Below are positions 1 to 10,438 of a stretch of DNA of 64,000 bases, one piece after another (the first letter of the stretch is position 1; each line of letters opens with the position of its first letter). This stretch comes from Obrimoposthia wandeli (Eukaryota), in assembly GCA_977020255.1 (NCBI GenBank), contig CDROCS010000506.1, forward strand, positions 1 to 64,000. Direction: 5' to 3'. Below the pieces are notes generated by a model, which did no database searches, was not told the origin of the DNA, and saw only the letters and a list, made by a program, of their open reading frames with translations. The translations under genes were made by a program, and so were the position numbers.

Positions 1-158
1 TCATGTGCATGACCTCACTGCAATTAACCACTAAACAAAAACTTTATCGACAGTATAGAAGTAGTGCTTTGTCTTATGCAAAGAATAAACCCATAATTAA
101 TACATAAAGCTAACTCTTATCTAATGCAGACACGAGATGCATTTACCCACTCCCTATA

Positions 159-848
159 ATGAAACAGTGGAATAACAAGATGAACATTAATAGCGATCTA
201 ACCAAAGCTGCGAAGGTATTCTTTAATGTATCAACGTGGACACCCTCTCCGCTTAAAGGTGTATCACGTAAAATGCTAGAACGTGACGGCGCTGAATTTG
301 CAGCAACGCCAACAACACTGGTTGTGTATGAACCTAACAGTGTTTTCACTAACCATGTGCATACTGGCGGCGAAGAGTTCTTGGTTTTAGAAGGTGTATT
401 TGGCGATGAGCACGGTGATTATCCAGTAGGCACGTATAAACGTAACCCTGTTGGTACTGAGCACGCGCCAATCGTCAAAGACGGCTGTATGATCATTGTA
501 AAACTTGGTCAATTTCAAAACGGTGACGACCAAGATGTAGAGATCAATTCTGCTAATCAAGCCTTTATCCAAGATGAAAAACGCGATGCGGTGCAATACC
601 AATCACTGCATGCTTTCAAACAAGAAGTCGTGCGTTTAGAACGCTGGACGCGTAACTCACATATCACCCTAGACAACCCCGGCGGCATTGAAGTGCTGGT
701 GGTTCATGGTCAGTTGAATCATCGAGGTGAGGTTTATAACAAGTTTGACTGGTTACGATTACCGGTTGGTGAAGCGCTAGATATCACCACAGCTGCTGAC
801 GACTGCACCGTTTGGATCAAAACGGGTCATCACAGCTATCGTTTATAA
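159..848 (+). CDS. ChrR-like double cupin domain protein
   Basis: ORF with cupin motif HVHTGGEEFLVLEGVFGDEHGDYPVGTY and a second degenerate cupin (GGIEVLVVHG). An alternative ATG lies at 180. Confidence 0.8.
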   Translation: MKQWNNKMNINSDLTKAAKVFFNVSTWTPSPLKGVSRKMLERDGAEFAATPTTLVVYEPNSVFTNHVHTGGEEFLVLEGVFGDEHGDYPVGTYKRNPVGTEHAPIVKDGCMIIVKLGQFQNGDDQDVEINSANQAFIQDEKRDAVQYQSLHAFKQEVVRLERWTRNSHITLDNPGGIEVLVVHGQLNHRGEVYNKFDWLRLPVGEALDITTAADDCTVWIKTGHHSYRL

Positions 849-934
849 AATAGCGTTTATAAGAGTCGTTTATAAGAAAGCATATACAAGAAGTCGGTTA
901 TACGACATCGGGTATAAAAAATGCTTATAAGACG
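840..934 (+). repeat. Degenerate 13-15 nt tandem repeat (about 6-7 units, CGTTTATAAGA-like)
   Basis: Units CGTTTATAAAATAG / CGTTTATAAGAGT / CGTTTATAAGAAAG / CATATACAAGAAGT / CGGTTATACGACAT / CGGGTATAAAAAATG. The first unit contains the last codons and stop of the cupin gene. Confidence 0.75.
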
Positions 935-996
935 CTGTTACTTAACATTTATAAACGATCATTTCGATATTTACATCTAACAAGGTCTAGTTAAAG

Positions 997-2112
997 ATGA
1001 AAACAGAATTTGTCATTATTGGCGGTGGATTAAGCGGTTTATATACGGCTTACTTATTAGAGCAGCTAGGTAAAGAGTATATTTTACTCGAAGGTCGAAA
1101 TAGACTTGGTGGTCGTATTTATACCGAAGACCAGTTTGATATGGGGCCATCTTGGTTTTGGCCAGATATGCACCCGCGCATTACTCAGTTGATTGATGAA
1201 CTGCATTTGCCTGTATTCCCACAACATGATAAAGGCGCATTCTTGTTTGATAAATACGAGAACAAAGCCCCACTACGTTATGAATCGGGTTATGCCGGTT
1301 CACCACAATCAATGCGGGTTGCTGGCGGCATGCAAACCGTTATCGATGGTATCAAGACTAAGCTAACCGATGAGCATATTATTTGTAATGCCAAGGCAAC
1401 TCACGTCGAGCACTATGCAGAACACCGTGCCGAGCATCAAGATCGTTATTCTATCGTTACCGCAGAAATAAACGGTGCAACACAAACAATCCAAACGCGC
1501 CAGGTTATCTTTGCAATGCCATTACGCTTACTTGAAAATAGTATTACCTTTACGCCAGCGTTACCGGTGAAAGTGCAGAAAAAATTTGCGTCGACAGCGA
1601 CATGGATGGCCGCACATGCCAAGTTCTTTGCCATCTACGAAACACCGTTTTGGCGTAAAACAGGTTTGTCCGGTTCTGCCAGCAGCCAAGTCGGTCCATT
1701 AGCAGAAATACATGATGCCAGTACAATTGATAGTGATAGTAGTAATAACGGCGCAGGCGCACTATTTGGTTTTGTTGGCATTGATGCGCATACACGTCAA
1801 TCGGTAGGCAATGAATTAATTAAATCGTTAGCCGTAAAACAGCTTGTGCGTATTTATGGTGAGCAAGCCGCTAATCCGATTGATGTGAAGTTAATCGACT
1901 GGAGCCAAGAATCCATGACCGCGACGGATGCAGATAAAAACGCCCCCAATACCCATCCACATTATGGCTTACGTGATATTCAATCAACCTTGGTGCCAGT
2001 TTATCAACAAGGTTGGTACTTCGCAGGTACTGAAACTGCAGAAGAAAATGGCGGTTATATTGAAGGTGCGCTAGAGGCGGCTGAAGCTGTTATTACGTGC
2101 ATACCATCGTGA
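997..2112 (+). CDS. Flavin monoamine oxidase family FAD-dependent oxidoreductase
   Basis: GGGLSG dinucleotide-binding motif, LEGRNRLGGR, and C-terminal FAGTETA...GGYIEGALEAA. Confidence 0.85.
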   Translation: MKTEFVIIGGGLSGLYTAYLLEQLGKEYILLEGRNRLGGRIYTEDQFDMGPSWFWPDMHPRITQLIDELHLPVFPQHDKGAFLFDKYENKAPLRYESGYAGSPQSMRVAGGMQTVIDGIKTKLTDEHIICNAKATHVEHYAEHRAEHQDRYSIVTAEINGATQTIQTRQVIFAMPLRLLENSITFTPALPVKVQKKFASTATWMAAHAKFFAIYETPFWRKTGLSGSASSQVGPLAEIHDASTIDSDSSNNGAGALFGFVGIDAHTRQSVGNELIKSLAVKQLVRIYGEQAANPIDVKLIDWSQESMTATDADKNAPNTHPHYGLRDIQSTLVPVYQQGWYFAGTETAEENGGYIEGALEAAEAVITCIPS

Positions 2113-2481
2113 AAACACGATCAATTATTCAACTGATTACGTAATTGGTCGTGATAATAAAAAAACCGTGTCATATCTTTCGGATACCAAGATATATTCT
2201 CCAGTAAGATCATACTTGTATCCGATGCTGGCTAATAACTTAATGCTGACGGATCCCCTCGAATTAATCATAAATGATCCACAGATATAGCCAGCTAACT
2301 TAGTTGGCTATAAATGTAATTAAATAAAGGCTCATCAGTTGGTTACTTAACCTTATACATATGAAAATGGATTTTAGTTTCATTTATTTACACGTTAAAT
2401 CATTTTAAATGACAAGCCCCCAACTCTCCTTTGTAAACCTTGCGGATGACCAATTACTTTTCTGTACTAAACCTTTGTATA

Positions 2482-2497
2482 TGTGAAAAGAATCACA
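2482..2497. promoter_or_regulatory. CRP-type binding site
   Basis: TGTGA-AAAGAA-TCACA is a perfect TGTGA-N6-TCACA core about 100 nt upstream of metY. Confidence 0.6.
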
Positions 2498-2536
2498 CAG
2501 CTGCGACGAGAGTGACACAGTTTTCAAAATAGTTTT

Positions 2537-2552
2537 AGACATTTAGATGGCC
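2537..2552. promoter_or_regulatory. Tandem MetJ (Met) boxes
   Basis: AGACATTT-AGATGGCC match AGACGTCT at 6/8 and 5/8, are adjacent, and lie upstream of a methionine biosynthesis gene. Confidence 0.6.
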
Positions 2553-2599
2553 GTTTGATATGTTTATATTTCATTCAAAAGGAATTAGGATTAATCGAT

Positions 2600-3889
2600 A
2601 TGAAACTTGAATCATTGGCACTTCATCACGGATATGAATCTGAAGCAACGACGAAAGCAGCTGCTGTACCTATCTATCAAACAACCTCATATACTTTCGA
2701 TAATACCCAACATGGTGCTGATTTGTTTGATTTAAAAGTGCCAGGCAATATTTATACTCGTATTATGAATCCTACTACCGATGTATTAGAACAACGCTTA
2801 GCCGCGATCGAAGGTGGTATTGGTGCATTAGCCGTGGCATCCGGTATGGCGGCAATTACTTATGCTATTCAAGCACTAACACAAGTGGGCGATAACATTG
2901 TCAGTACCAGCCAACTTTACGGTGGCACATACAACTTATTTGCCCACACGTTACCGCGTCAAGGTGTCGATGTTCGCATGGCGGCATTTGACGATTTTGC
3001 AGGCTTGGAAGCACTTATTGATGAGAATACCAAAGCGCTATTTTGTGAATCAATTGGTAACCCTGCCGGCAACATTGTCGATTTGCAGCGATTAGCAGAA
3101 ATTGCGCATAAACATGGCGTACCATTAATGGTTGATAATACAGTCGCGACACCTGTGTTATGCCGACCGTTTGAACATGGTGCCGACGTTGTGATCCACT
3201 CTTTAACCAAATATATCGGTGGCCACGGTACAACCATTGGCGGCGTGATTATTGATTCAGGTAAATTTGATTGGGCTGCACAGCCTAAGCGTTTCGCATT
3301 ACTCAATGAACCTGACGTGTCTTACCATGGTGTTGTTTATACCGAAGCATTTGGTCCAGCCGCCTTTATTGGTCGCTGTCGTGTCGGTCCACTGCGTAAT
3401 ACCGGCGCAGCGCTTGCCCCACAAAGTGCATTTTTGTTAATGCAAGGACTCGAAACTCTGGCGCTTAGAATGGAACGCCACTGCAGTAACGCATTAACCT
3501 TAGCTAAATATCTTGAGCAGCACCCGAAAGTAAATTGGGTGAATTATGCGGCTCTCGAGAATAGCCCTTACCAAGATAACTGCCATAAGATCACCGGTGG
3601 TAAAGCGTCCGGTATTATCAGTTTTGGTATTAAGTCAGCATTAGCGGGCGGCGGTAAAGAAGCCGGCGGACATTTCATTGATGCGCTGCAAATGATTTTA
3701 CGATTAGTTAATATTGGTGATGCGAAATCATTAGCTTGCCACCCGGCGTCAACCACGCACAGACAGCTTGATGCGGCAGAACTAGCCAAAGCAGGAGTGT
3801 CAGAAGACCTAATCCGTATTTCGGTAGGTATTGAACATATAGACGATATTATTGCTGATGTGAGCCAAGCATTAGATCAAGTCGGTTAA
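2600..3889 (+). CDS. metY: O-acetylhomoserine aminocarboxypropyltransferase (sulfhydrylase), Cys/Met metabolism PLP enzyme
   Basis: PIYQTTSY, YTRIMNPT, PLP-lysine motif HSLTKYIGGHG, LVNIGDAKSL, RISVGIE. Start moved to ATG 2600, which has AGGA upstream. Confidence 0.85.
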   Translation: MKLESLALHHGYESEATTKAAAVPIYQTTSYTFDNTQHGADLFDLKVPGNIYTRIMNPTTDVLEQRLAAIEGGIGALAVASGMAAITYAIQALTQVGDNIVSTSQLYGGTYNLFAHTLPRQGVDVRMAAFDDFAGLEALIDENTKALFCESIGNPAGNIVDLQRLAEIAHKHGVPLMVDNTVATPVLCRPFEHGADVVIHSLTKYIGGHGTTIGGVIIDSGKFDWAAQPKRFALLNEPDVSYHGVVYTEAFGPAAFIGRCRVGPLRNTGAALAPQSAFLLMQGLETLALRMERHCSNALTLAKYLEQHPKVNWVNYAALENSPYQDNCHKITGGKASGIISFGIKSALAGGGKEAGGHFIDALQMILRLVNIGDAKSLACHPASTTHRQLDAAELAKAGVSEDLIRISVGIEHIDDIIADVSQALDQVG

Positions 3890-4142
3890 TAGCACTTAAG
3901 GAAGGAAGCGTTAAACCTGAACTGGTATGCCAACCACTTTATTCGAAACTGCATTATCCATCCAATGTCTTATATTCATATCATGATATTCACCAGACGG
4001 ATAATGCAGTGTGCAATGTGGTTCTTTCGAGATAATGTTTTTTGTTTTTTTATTTATTTATATGAAAAAGAAACAGAAAGAATAAAATAGACAAAGCCGA
4101 CAGTGACATCGGCAATATTGATAATGGAGCGTCATGATAAGT

Positions 4143-4574
4143 TTATGACGCTGTAAAGGCTTGTAATCGTTCCATCGAGGTTTCGCTAACAACAACACCG
4201 TCGATATAATACGTCATTAACAGCCCTTGTTTAACGCCTGTTAATACCGCTTTATCCCCATTACGGTAGGTGATGTCCATCTGTAAAGTATTATCGTCCA
4301 CTTGCGACATCACGCCTGTTTCAATAATACGTAGATTAGCGGTCGGTTTGATTGGCGCGTCTTTCAATGATGGGTTTAAGTCGTCATTTATTTTAAATGT
4401 AGCTTCTACTTTAGTATCAAATATGTGTGGTATATCATTAAGCGGGTTTGTACCAGTCCAAAACCCAAGTGAGTTAAAGACTAGGTAATCGACTGCAATT
4501 GAAGAAAAGAATAAGCAGATATCGATGCTTAGCCTTGAGTTAGCTGACTTAGAATAGAATAGCGATTTTAATAT
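4143..4574 (-). pseudogene. Start-less open frame of 143 codons, probable truncated hypothetical gene
   Basis: The frame of the 74-aa track ORF stays open upstream to 4574 with no ATG/GTG/TTG before 4367 and abuts the MCP terminator. Confidence 0.35.
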
Positions 4575-4579
4575 CTAAC

Positions 4580-4609
4580 AAGGTGCCCTAAATCAATTTA
4601 GGGCACCTT
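4580..4609. terminator. Intrinsic terminator hairpin downstream of the MCP gene
   Basis: Perfect 14-bp inverted repeat AAGGTGCCCTAAAT-ca-ATTTAGGGCACCTT. Confidence 0.75.
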
Positions 4610-4652
4610 TAATGTCAACTCAATATCAATTCCATATCAGTTCATAACTAAG

Positions 4653-6212
4653 CTATATTTTAAAAGAACCTACGTGTTGATCTAAAGTGTATGCAAGTTC
4701 GGTTAAATTTCGACTCGTCACTTCTAATTCCTTACTCGCCGCAGCCCCTTCAACGATTGAGTTATTCACAGTATCCATATTGATATTAATTTCATTTGAG
4801 ACACTAGACTGCTCTTCGGTCGCCGTGGCAACCTGCGTATTTAAATCAAGAATAGCGATAACCTGATTTGAGATCCTAGTCAGTGCTTCTTGCGCTTCTT
4901 CGGTAGCCTTTGAACCTTCAACCGTTAAAGACTTACTACAACTCATCGCGTCCACTGCGCTTTTTGATTCACGCTGCAGTTGATCAATCATATTCTGAAT
5001 TTCACCTGTAGATTGAGCGGTTTTAGTCGCCAAATTTCTCACTTCATCAGCGACAACTGCAAAACCTCTTCCAGCTTCACCAGCACGGGCAGCTTCAATG
5101 GCCGCATTTAAAGCAAGCAGGTTAGTTTGTTCTGAAATACCGTTAATCACTTCAAGTATCGAGCCTATCGATTGCGTTCTTTCAGCTAAAGAAGTAATGA
5201 CGAGAGAGGTACTGTTTATTTCTTCAGATAGATTACGGATTGTGCCAGCAGCCTCTTGTAATACATTATTACCCTCTTGAGTTTCATCATTCACATTTTT
5301 AGCCGCGTCAGCTGCGCCCGATGCATTTGAAGATATCTCATTAATGGTTGCGATCATTTCATTCATCGAGGTGACAACCAATAAAGATTGTTCACTTTGC
5401 ATTTCACCTCGAGATAAAGACCGTAATGCTTGGTTTCTAACGTCTGTTGCTGAATGACCTAACTCCAAGCCAGTTTTAACGACTTGTGTGATGATTTCAT
5501 TAATGTTGCCAGCAAAGGCATTAAAAGCTTTAGAGATATGAGCAATTTCATCATCCCCTTTTATCGGCAGTCTTACGGTTAAATCGCCATCACCTTTAGA
5601 TATATCTTCCAACGCCAGCTGTAGGCTTGAAAGCGGTTTGAAAAGACGATCCATTAACCAAATAAGCACACATATACAAATAAGGAATATACCTGAGATG
5701 GCAATTAGCTGAGTGATGAGAATATCTGATGCCGCTTCACTTACTTCAGTAATCGGAATACCAATATCGACAGTACCGTATAGCTCACCATTAACGTAGA
5801 TCGGCGACATAATGTCGTAAACCCATACTTTTTGTATATCGGCATACCATTTTGAATGTTGTGAAACACCTTGGCTTGCGCCTGCTACGCTATAACTGTC
5901 GTCATAAACTTTATTGATTTTTTCTTTATCACTGTGCGCAACCGCTTTAACGTCTTTATTAATAACAATCGCATAGGAAATATCTGGACGCACTTTCAGA
6001 GCGGTAACTAATTCTTGTAGATCGATGATAGGTTGTGATGATTTCTCGAGCACATATTCAACATTTGTAGCAAGTAAAGAAGCTTGTTCTTGAGATTTTT
6101 TTAGAATGATTTTATCTATTTCTTTATGAGAAATATATGAAGTTGACACTATGCTCGTTATCGCAGCAATGACAAACATTGCGAATACGACTATTAGTAT
6201 GATTTTTTTCAT
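4653..6212 (-). CDS. Methyl-accepting chemotaxis protein (TM, periplasmic sensor, HAMP, signalling domain)
   Basis: Two hydrophobic segments, [13 protein letters not shown], and signalling hairpin [34 protein letters not shown]. Confidence 0.95.
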   Translation of the reverse strand: MKKIILIVVFAMFVIAAITSIVSTSYISHKEIDKIILKKSQEQASLLATNVEYVLEKSSQPIIDLQELVTALKVRPDISYAIVINKDVKAVAHSDKEKINKVYDDSYSVAGASQGVSQHSKWYADIQKVWVYDIMSPIYVNGELYGTVDIGIPITEVSEAASDILITQLIAISGIFLICICVLIWLMDRLFKPLSSLQLALEDISKGDGDLTVRLPIKGDDEIAHISKAFNAFAGNINEIITQVVKTGLELGHSATDVRNQALRSLSRGEMQSEQSLLVVTSMNEMIATINEISSNASGAADAAKNVNDETQEGNNVLQEAAGTIRNLSEEINSTSLVITSLAERTQSIGSILEVINGISEQTNLLALNAAIEAARAGEAGRGFAVVADEVRNLATKTAQSTGEIQNMIDQLQRESKSAVDAMSCSKSLTVEGSKATEEAQEALTRISNQVIAILDLNTQVATATEEQSSVSNEININMDTVNNSIVEGAAASKELEVTSRNLTELAYTLDQHVGSFKI

Positions 6213-6386
6213 TATGTACGTCCTTGATGTTATTAATAATCCCTTTAACTAATGAAGGCATTAATTAAAAATAGTATAACGGTCACGCCTGTATTCGAAC
6301 AGACACTAGCGTTCAATTTAAGATCTGCGATGCTATTATTTTATTTAATCAATTCTAAGCGCAACGGTAAAGCGCTTTTACTTTTG

Positions 6387-7058
6387 CTATCCAACCAGCT
6401 CCAAGTCTATCCAGGTATAATGCCCTTCACTATTCAACTCACCGGTTTTAATATCAATAACGTCTGAAAACAGTGGACTATCAAATACAAAGGTATGGAA
6501 CTCACCATTCTCACCACAAGGATCAATGCCTTCAGGTAGACTGGCAATAAAAGCCTCATCAAAGACTTTACCGACATAATCCGTAGATAAACGGCGAGGA
6601 TCGACACAAGTCACTATCGCTTTCTGACCGCCAACCAGCATATCATTGGCCAGCTGTTGCGTATCCAACTCCCATAGCGGGAAAATTGCGTTAATACCAG
6701 TGCCAACCAGATTATTAACACGGTAGTTTTTGATATCCGCTAAAAACAGATCGCCATACGCAAAGTTCACTACCTCACGCTGTTTCGCCTGTCCAACAAA
6801 CGCATCCATTATCGCTTCATATTCAATGTTGCTACACGGATACGGAATTTCGATAATATCCAAGGGTAAGTTCATGGCAGCAGCTTGGCGCTGTAACAAC
6901 TCAATACGCACAGAGTGAACCGCGGTACGTTGATACTGCGCATTCACCGAGCAAAAGATACCGACGATCTCGATGCTTGGATCTTGCGCCAATTGCAGAC
7001 ACGTCCAGGCCGCGTCTTTACCGGTACTCCATGAAACTAATGTTTTTTGCTTTTTCAT
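6387..7058 (-). CDS. DUF71/COG2102 (Dph6-like) PP-loop ATP pyrophosphatase
   Basis: SWSTGKDA PP-loop, YGDLFLADI, and IDPCGENGEFHTFVFD signature. Confidence 0.85.
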   Translation of the reverse strand: MKKQKTLVSWSTGKDAAWTCLQLAQDPSIEIVGIFCSVNAQYQRTAVHSVRIELLQRQAAAMNLPLDIIEIPYPCSNIEYEAIMDAFVGQAKQREVVNFAYGDLFLADIKNYRVNNLVGTGINAIFPLWELDTQQLANDMLVGGQKAIVTCVDPRRLSTDYVGKVFDEAFIASLPEGIDPCGENGEFHTFVFDSPLFSDVIDIKTGELNSEGHYTWIDLELVG

Positions 7059-7083
7059 ATTTTAAGTATCCAGTACTTCACGC

Positions 7084-7524
7084 TTATTTATAAGCACAAT
7101 GACGACAACCATTACCACAACAGCGCGCACGCTTTAAATGATACCACTCGCTAAAAACATAACGGCCATTTTCGATAGTAAAATCGATGTTCTCGACTAA
7201 CTCGGTTTGATGACGATACGGTTCAGCCAATGCAAGGCGCGCTTTAGGCGAACCTGCAGCATTAAGCTGAGTCATAATTTCAGCACCAATAGCCTTGGCT
7301 AAACACGCTTTACACAAACAATCACTTAAAGTGCCCAATGGCATGATCGCGGGTAAATCTTGACACCAACAGCCGCCCTGCTCGCTTGCTTCAGCCACAC
7401 CACAACCAAACTCGGCTTGGCATTCTGAACATTGCTTCGCCACTGGCGCAGTGATGTTTAATGTAACTGGTTCTGCATTTTCTTCGATGTTTACAATTTT
7501 GTCATCAACGCCTGATTTCGTCAT
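7084..7524 (-). CDS. Cys-rich CWC domain fused to DUF5522-type Cys motif protein
   Basis: CSECQAEFGC...GCWCQDLP...CLCKACL plus C-terminal YVFSEWYHLKRARCCGNGCRHCAY. Start is probably ATG 7524 or 7548. Confidence 0.7.
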   Translation of the reverse strand: MTKSGVDDKIVNIEENAEPVTLNITAPVAKQCSECQAEFGCGVAEASEQGGCWCQDLPAIMPLGTLSDCLCKACLAKAIGAEIMTQLNAAGSPKARLALAEPYRHQTELVENIDFTIENGRYVFSEWYHLKRARCCGNGCRHCAYK

Positions 7525-7540
7525 ACTTTCAATTTCCAAG

Positions 7541-8362
7541 TTATACATGCTCATTTTCGTTTGCGAACTGCTGTTGCCATGCTTCAATAATAGCAACAAG
7601 TTGATCTAAACCGTCAGTTAAGGCAGCGGGACCCGGTTGTAATATATTTGCTGATTTAACTTCAAATAATTGCTTGTTTTGTACTGCGCTGATCGCATCC
7701 CACCCATCTCGGGCTGCAACCTGTTCAGACTTAAACTTTCGTCCACACCAAGAACCAATGATGATGTCAGGATTCGCATCGACCACGATAGTGGGATCGG
7801 CAATAATGCGGTTCTTCGCTAATGACTCTTTAGCCAAGTCAGGGAAACACTCGTCACCCCCTGCGATCTCAATCAGTTCTGATACCCATTGAATGCCCGA
7901 CATTAATGGATCGTTCCACAATTCAAAATAGACTTTAGGACGTTTATTATATTTTGCGGCATTGAGCTTGATGCGCGTTATCTTGCTTTCAATATCAGCT
8001 AACCAAATAGCGGCTTTATCACTCGCGCCAACCAGACTTGCTAACATCATGATCATGTTAAATACTTCATCAACAGAACGCTGATTAAAGATATGCACAG
8101 CAATACCCTGCTTGATTAATGCACCAGCGATATCCGCTTGAATATCAGAGAATCCCAGCACAAGATCAGGTTTTAAATCGAGGATCTTATCTATCTTGGC
8201 TGACGTAAATGCTGACACTTTAGGATGCGCTTGTCGCGCGTGCGGAGGACGAACAGTAAAACCTGAAATACCAGCGATACGAGACTCTTCACCCAGTATA
8301 TACAGCATTTCGGTGGTTTCTTCTGTTAAACAAATAATCCGTTTAGGGTAATAGTCCTTCAT
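7541..8362 (-). CDS. BtuF-like cobalamin/corrinoid-binding protein
   Basis: PKRIICLTEETTE, ILDLKPDLVLGFSD, WVSELIEIAGG, LQPGP: type III helical-backbone binding protein fold. No obvious signal peptide. Confidence 0.75.
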   Translation of the reverse strand: MKDYYPKRIICLTEETTEMLYILGEESRIAGISGFTVRPPHARQAHPKVSAFTSAKIDKILDLKPDLVLGFSDIQADIAGALIKQGIAVHIFNQRSVDEVFNMIMMLASLVGASDKAAIWLADIESKITRIKLNAAKYNKRPKVYFELWNDPLMSGIQWVSELIEIAGGDECFPDLAKESLAKNRIIADPTIVVDANPDIIIGSWCGRKFKSEQVAARDGWDAISAVQNKQLFEVKSANILQPGPAALTDGLDQLVAIIEAWQQQFANENEHV

Positions 8363-8538
8363 TTTATTAAATCCGCAATTTGATTCGATTTACGAAAGTA
8401 TATCTTGTTTATAACAAACTAAATACCCAGCAATTATAAGGTTATACTATTTATAACAGTCACTATAACAATAGCTTTAATAGACCTTACATTACTGGGT
8501 CGCTTTATATCGACAAACTTTATATGCCGAACACAGTG

Positions 8539-9694
8539 TTACAGACCCATCACATAACCAAAAGCGATAAAGCCAGCAACCACAGCCATAATCGGTAATT
8601 TCAATGTCCTTAGCGCAAAGAAACCAACAATCACTGCTGCCATATCAATCGGTTCCACAATCGCAGAAGTAAATACCGGACTGTAAAGTGCTGACATAAG
8701 CAAACCAACAACAGCAGCATTAATGCCCCATACTGCACCAGCCACTTTTGGCTTAGCCGCTAACGACTCCCACGCACCATGGAAACCTAATACCAGTAAA
8801 AAACCCGGTAAGAAGATAGCAACGGTGGCAATCAATGCCCCCATTAACGGTGAGTTAACTAATAAATCAGCGCCTAAGAATGCAGACAGCGAGAACATCG
8901 GACCTGGAACAGCCTGCGCCGCAGCATAACCCATTAAGAATCGGTCAGTATCAATCGCGTCACCTAAGGCTTGTTGCAACATAGGTAATACCACATGACC
9001 GCCACCAAACACTAAACTACCCGACTGGAAGAAGTCAGCGAAAATAGTTAACCACGCCGGTGAATTTGTTAATAACGGCAGACCCGCAAACAACACCGCG
9101 AAAATAACTAACGGTAAGTAATTCACACCACCTTTTGTTGCTGGCACTGACGTTGTTTCACTTGGTTTTTTAAGCTGCATACCAATGATTGCGGCTGCGA
9201 CAAGCACCAGCATCTGGGTTAACAGACTTGGCATCATTAACAATACCGCCGCCGTCGCGACACAAATAGTCACGGTGGTGCGCTCTTTGCAGAAACCTTT
9301 GTACATATTGAGCGTTGCATCTGCAACAACCACAACCGCTAATAATTTTAATCCATGGGTAATACTCACTAACCAGGCCGCATCTTGTGTCGCGTTGGTC
9401 GTTGCTAAAATATACAGCAATAACACCGAAGGAAATGTGAATGCGATAAAGGCTGTGAAACCACCAATAACACCGGCGCGACGTAAACCGATTGCAAAAC
9501 CGATCTGACTTGAACCTGGACCAGGTAAAAACTGGCTTAATGAAATTAACCTTGCATAGCTTTCGCTATCTATCCATTTTAGTTTTTGAAACAACGTTTT
9601 TCTCGAAATAACATGGGATGTGGGCAGTAGGGCCACCAAAACTGATCCACCCCAATGTAAAAAACTGCCAAAATACTTCTAAAACTTGCTTCAT
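8539..9694 (-). pseudogene. chrA: Chromate efflux transporter, frameshifted near codon 30 (possible sequence error)
   Basis: The N-terminus MKQVLEVFWQFFTLGWISFGGPTAH from ATG 9694 is in a different frame from SQFLPGPGSSQ...FGGGHVVLP...AQAVPGPMF. Confidence 0.8.
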
Positions 9695-9849
9695 TACTTT
9701 GCCTTTTATAGCTGTTATGCGATACCAATTTCGCGTCATTATTGTATTTCAGTTTTATGACAGTTATATGACAAAGACGATGGTTTGCAGCAAGTTATAC
9801 TACAAAAATAGAATTTATTAGTTACTTTAAAAACAAGTAGCAGAACAAC

Positions 9850-9931
9850 TATACCCAAGACACTTGAAGGTGCATGTAGGCGGCAAGAGAACGCTGCCAA
9901 CACCCATACGGCTTCAAAGGCGATGGGTATA
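9850..9931. repeat. Internally deleted ERIC/IRU-like miniature inverted-repeat element (82 bp)
   Basis: Termini TATACCC...GGGTATA with internal GGCGGCAAG and GAACG-GCCAAC blocks as in the ERIC consensus (recalled, not aligned). A related copy lies at 55264-55423. Confidence 0.75.
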
Positions 9932-9991
9932 GATAATAATCTTGATAAAAGAGGGTTTTAGCGGTGTTATTACCAGTACCTTAAGTGAAAA

Positions 9992-10438
9992 TTAACTGGG
10001 AACATAACTGCTTTCATCTGGATAAGGTTCATAACTCAGCGCCATCCTAGCGACAATATCAACAGGTACATTATGCGTGCTAGTGAACTTACCACGGCAA
10101 TGAATAATGTGTGGCGTGGCGCCATAACAAGCGGCAATATTTAACAGCGGGGTTAGTTCCCACAACTTAATAGTGGTGTTGCTGACAATCACTGATTTAC
10201 CTTGGCTTAATGCGTTACGTATATTGCGCTGGCAGAATACGTGAGCCTGTTTGATTTTACGTCCGTCATAGCAATACTGACCCTGCTTGTTAATGAAATA
10301 ATGATCCGCTTCACAGTGAACAGCATCCGGTATTGATTGCATGTAATGTGTAGCGAGCGTCGATTTCCCCGAACCTGGGATCCCGCGGATGATAAGCAAA
10401 CAAGGTAAAGAAGGGATGAGTGGTAATGATGCTGGCAT
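9992..10438 (-). CDS. AAA_33-type P-loop kinase/ATPase
   Basis: IIRGIPGSGKST Walker A, CEADHYF, VIVSNT, STHNVP. Confidence 0.8.
   Translation of the reverse strand: MPASLPLIPSLPCLLIIRGIPGSGKSTLATHYMQSIPDAVHCEADHYFINKQGQYCYDGRKIKQAHVFCQRNIRNALSQGKSVIVSNTTIKLWELTPLLNIAACYGATPHIIHCRGKFTSTHNVPVDIVARMALSYEPYPDESSYVPS

Noticed and set aside
1405-1440. Short in-frame repeat expansions in proteins (EHYAEHRAEH in the oxidase, GGNKSGDNSGD in E2, the Ser/Asn run in icmF)
   Set aside because: They fall in probable loops or linkers and look like neutral slippage.
2180-2225. Long-loop inverted repeats (also about 3948-4009 and 34825-34869) as a possible REP-like family
   Set aside because: Their arms share no sequence with one another. 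They are better explained as individual terminators or hairpins.
8363-8538. Cobalamin riboswitch upstream of the BtuF-like gene
   Set aside because: The region is short, very AT-rich and lacks the conserved B12-box motifs.
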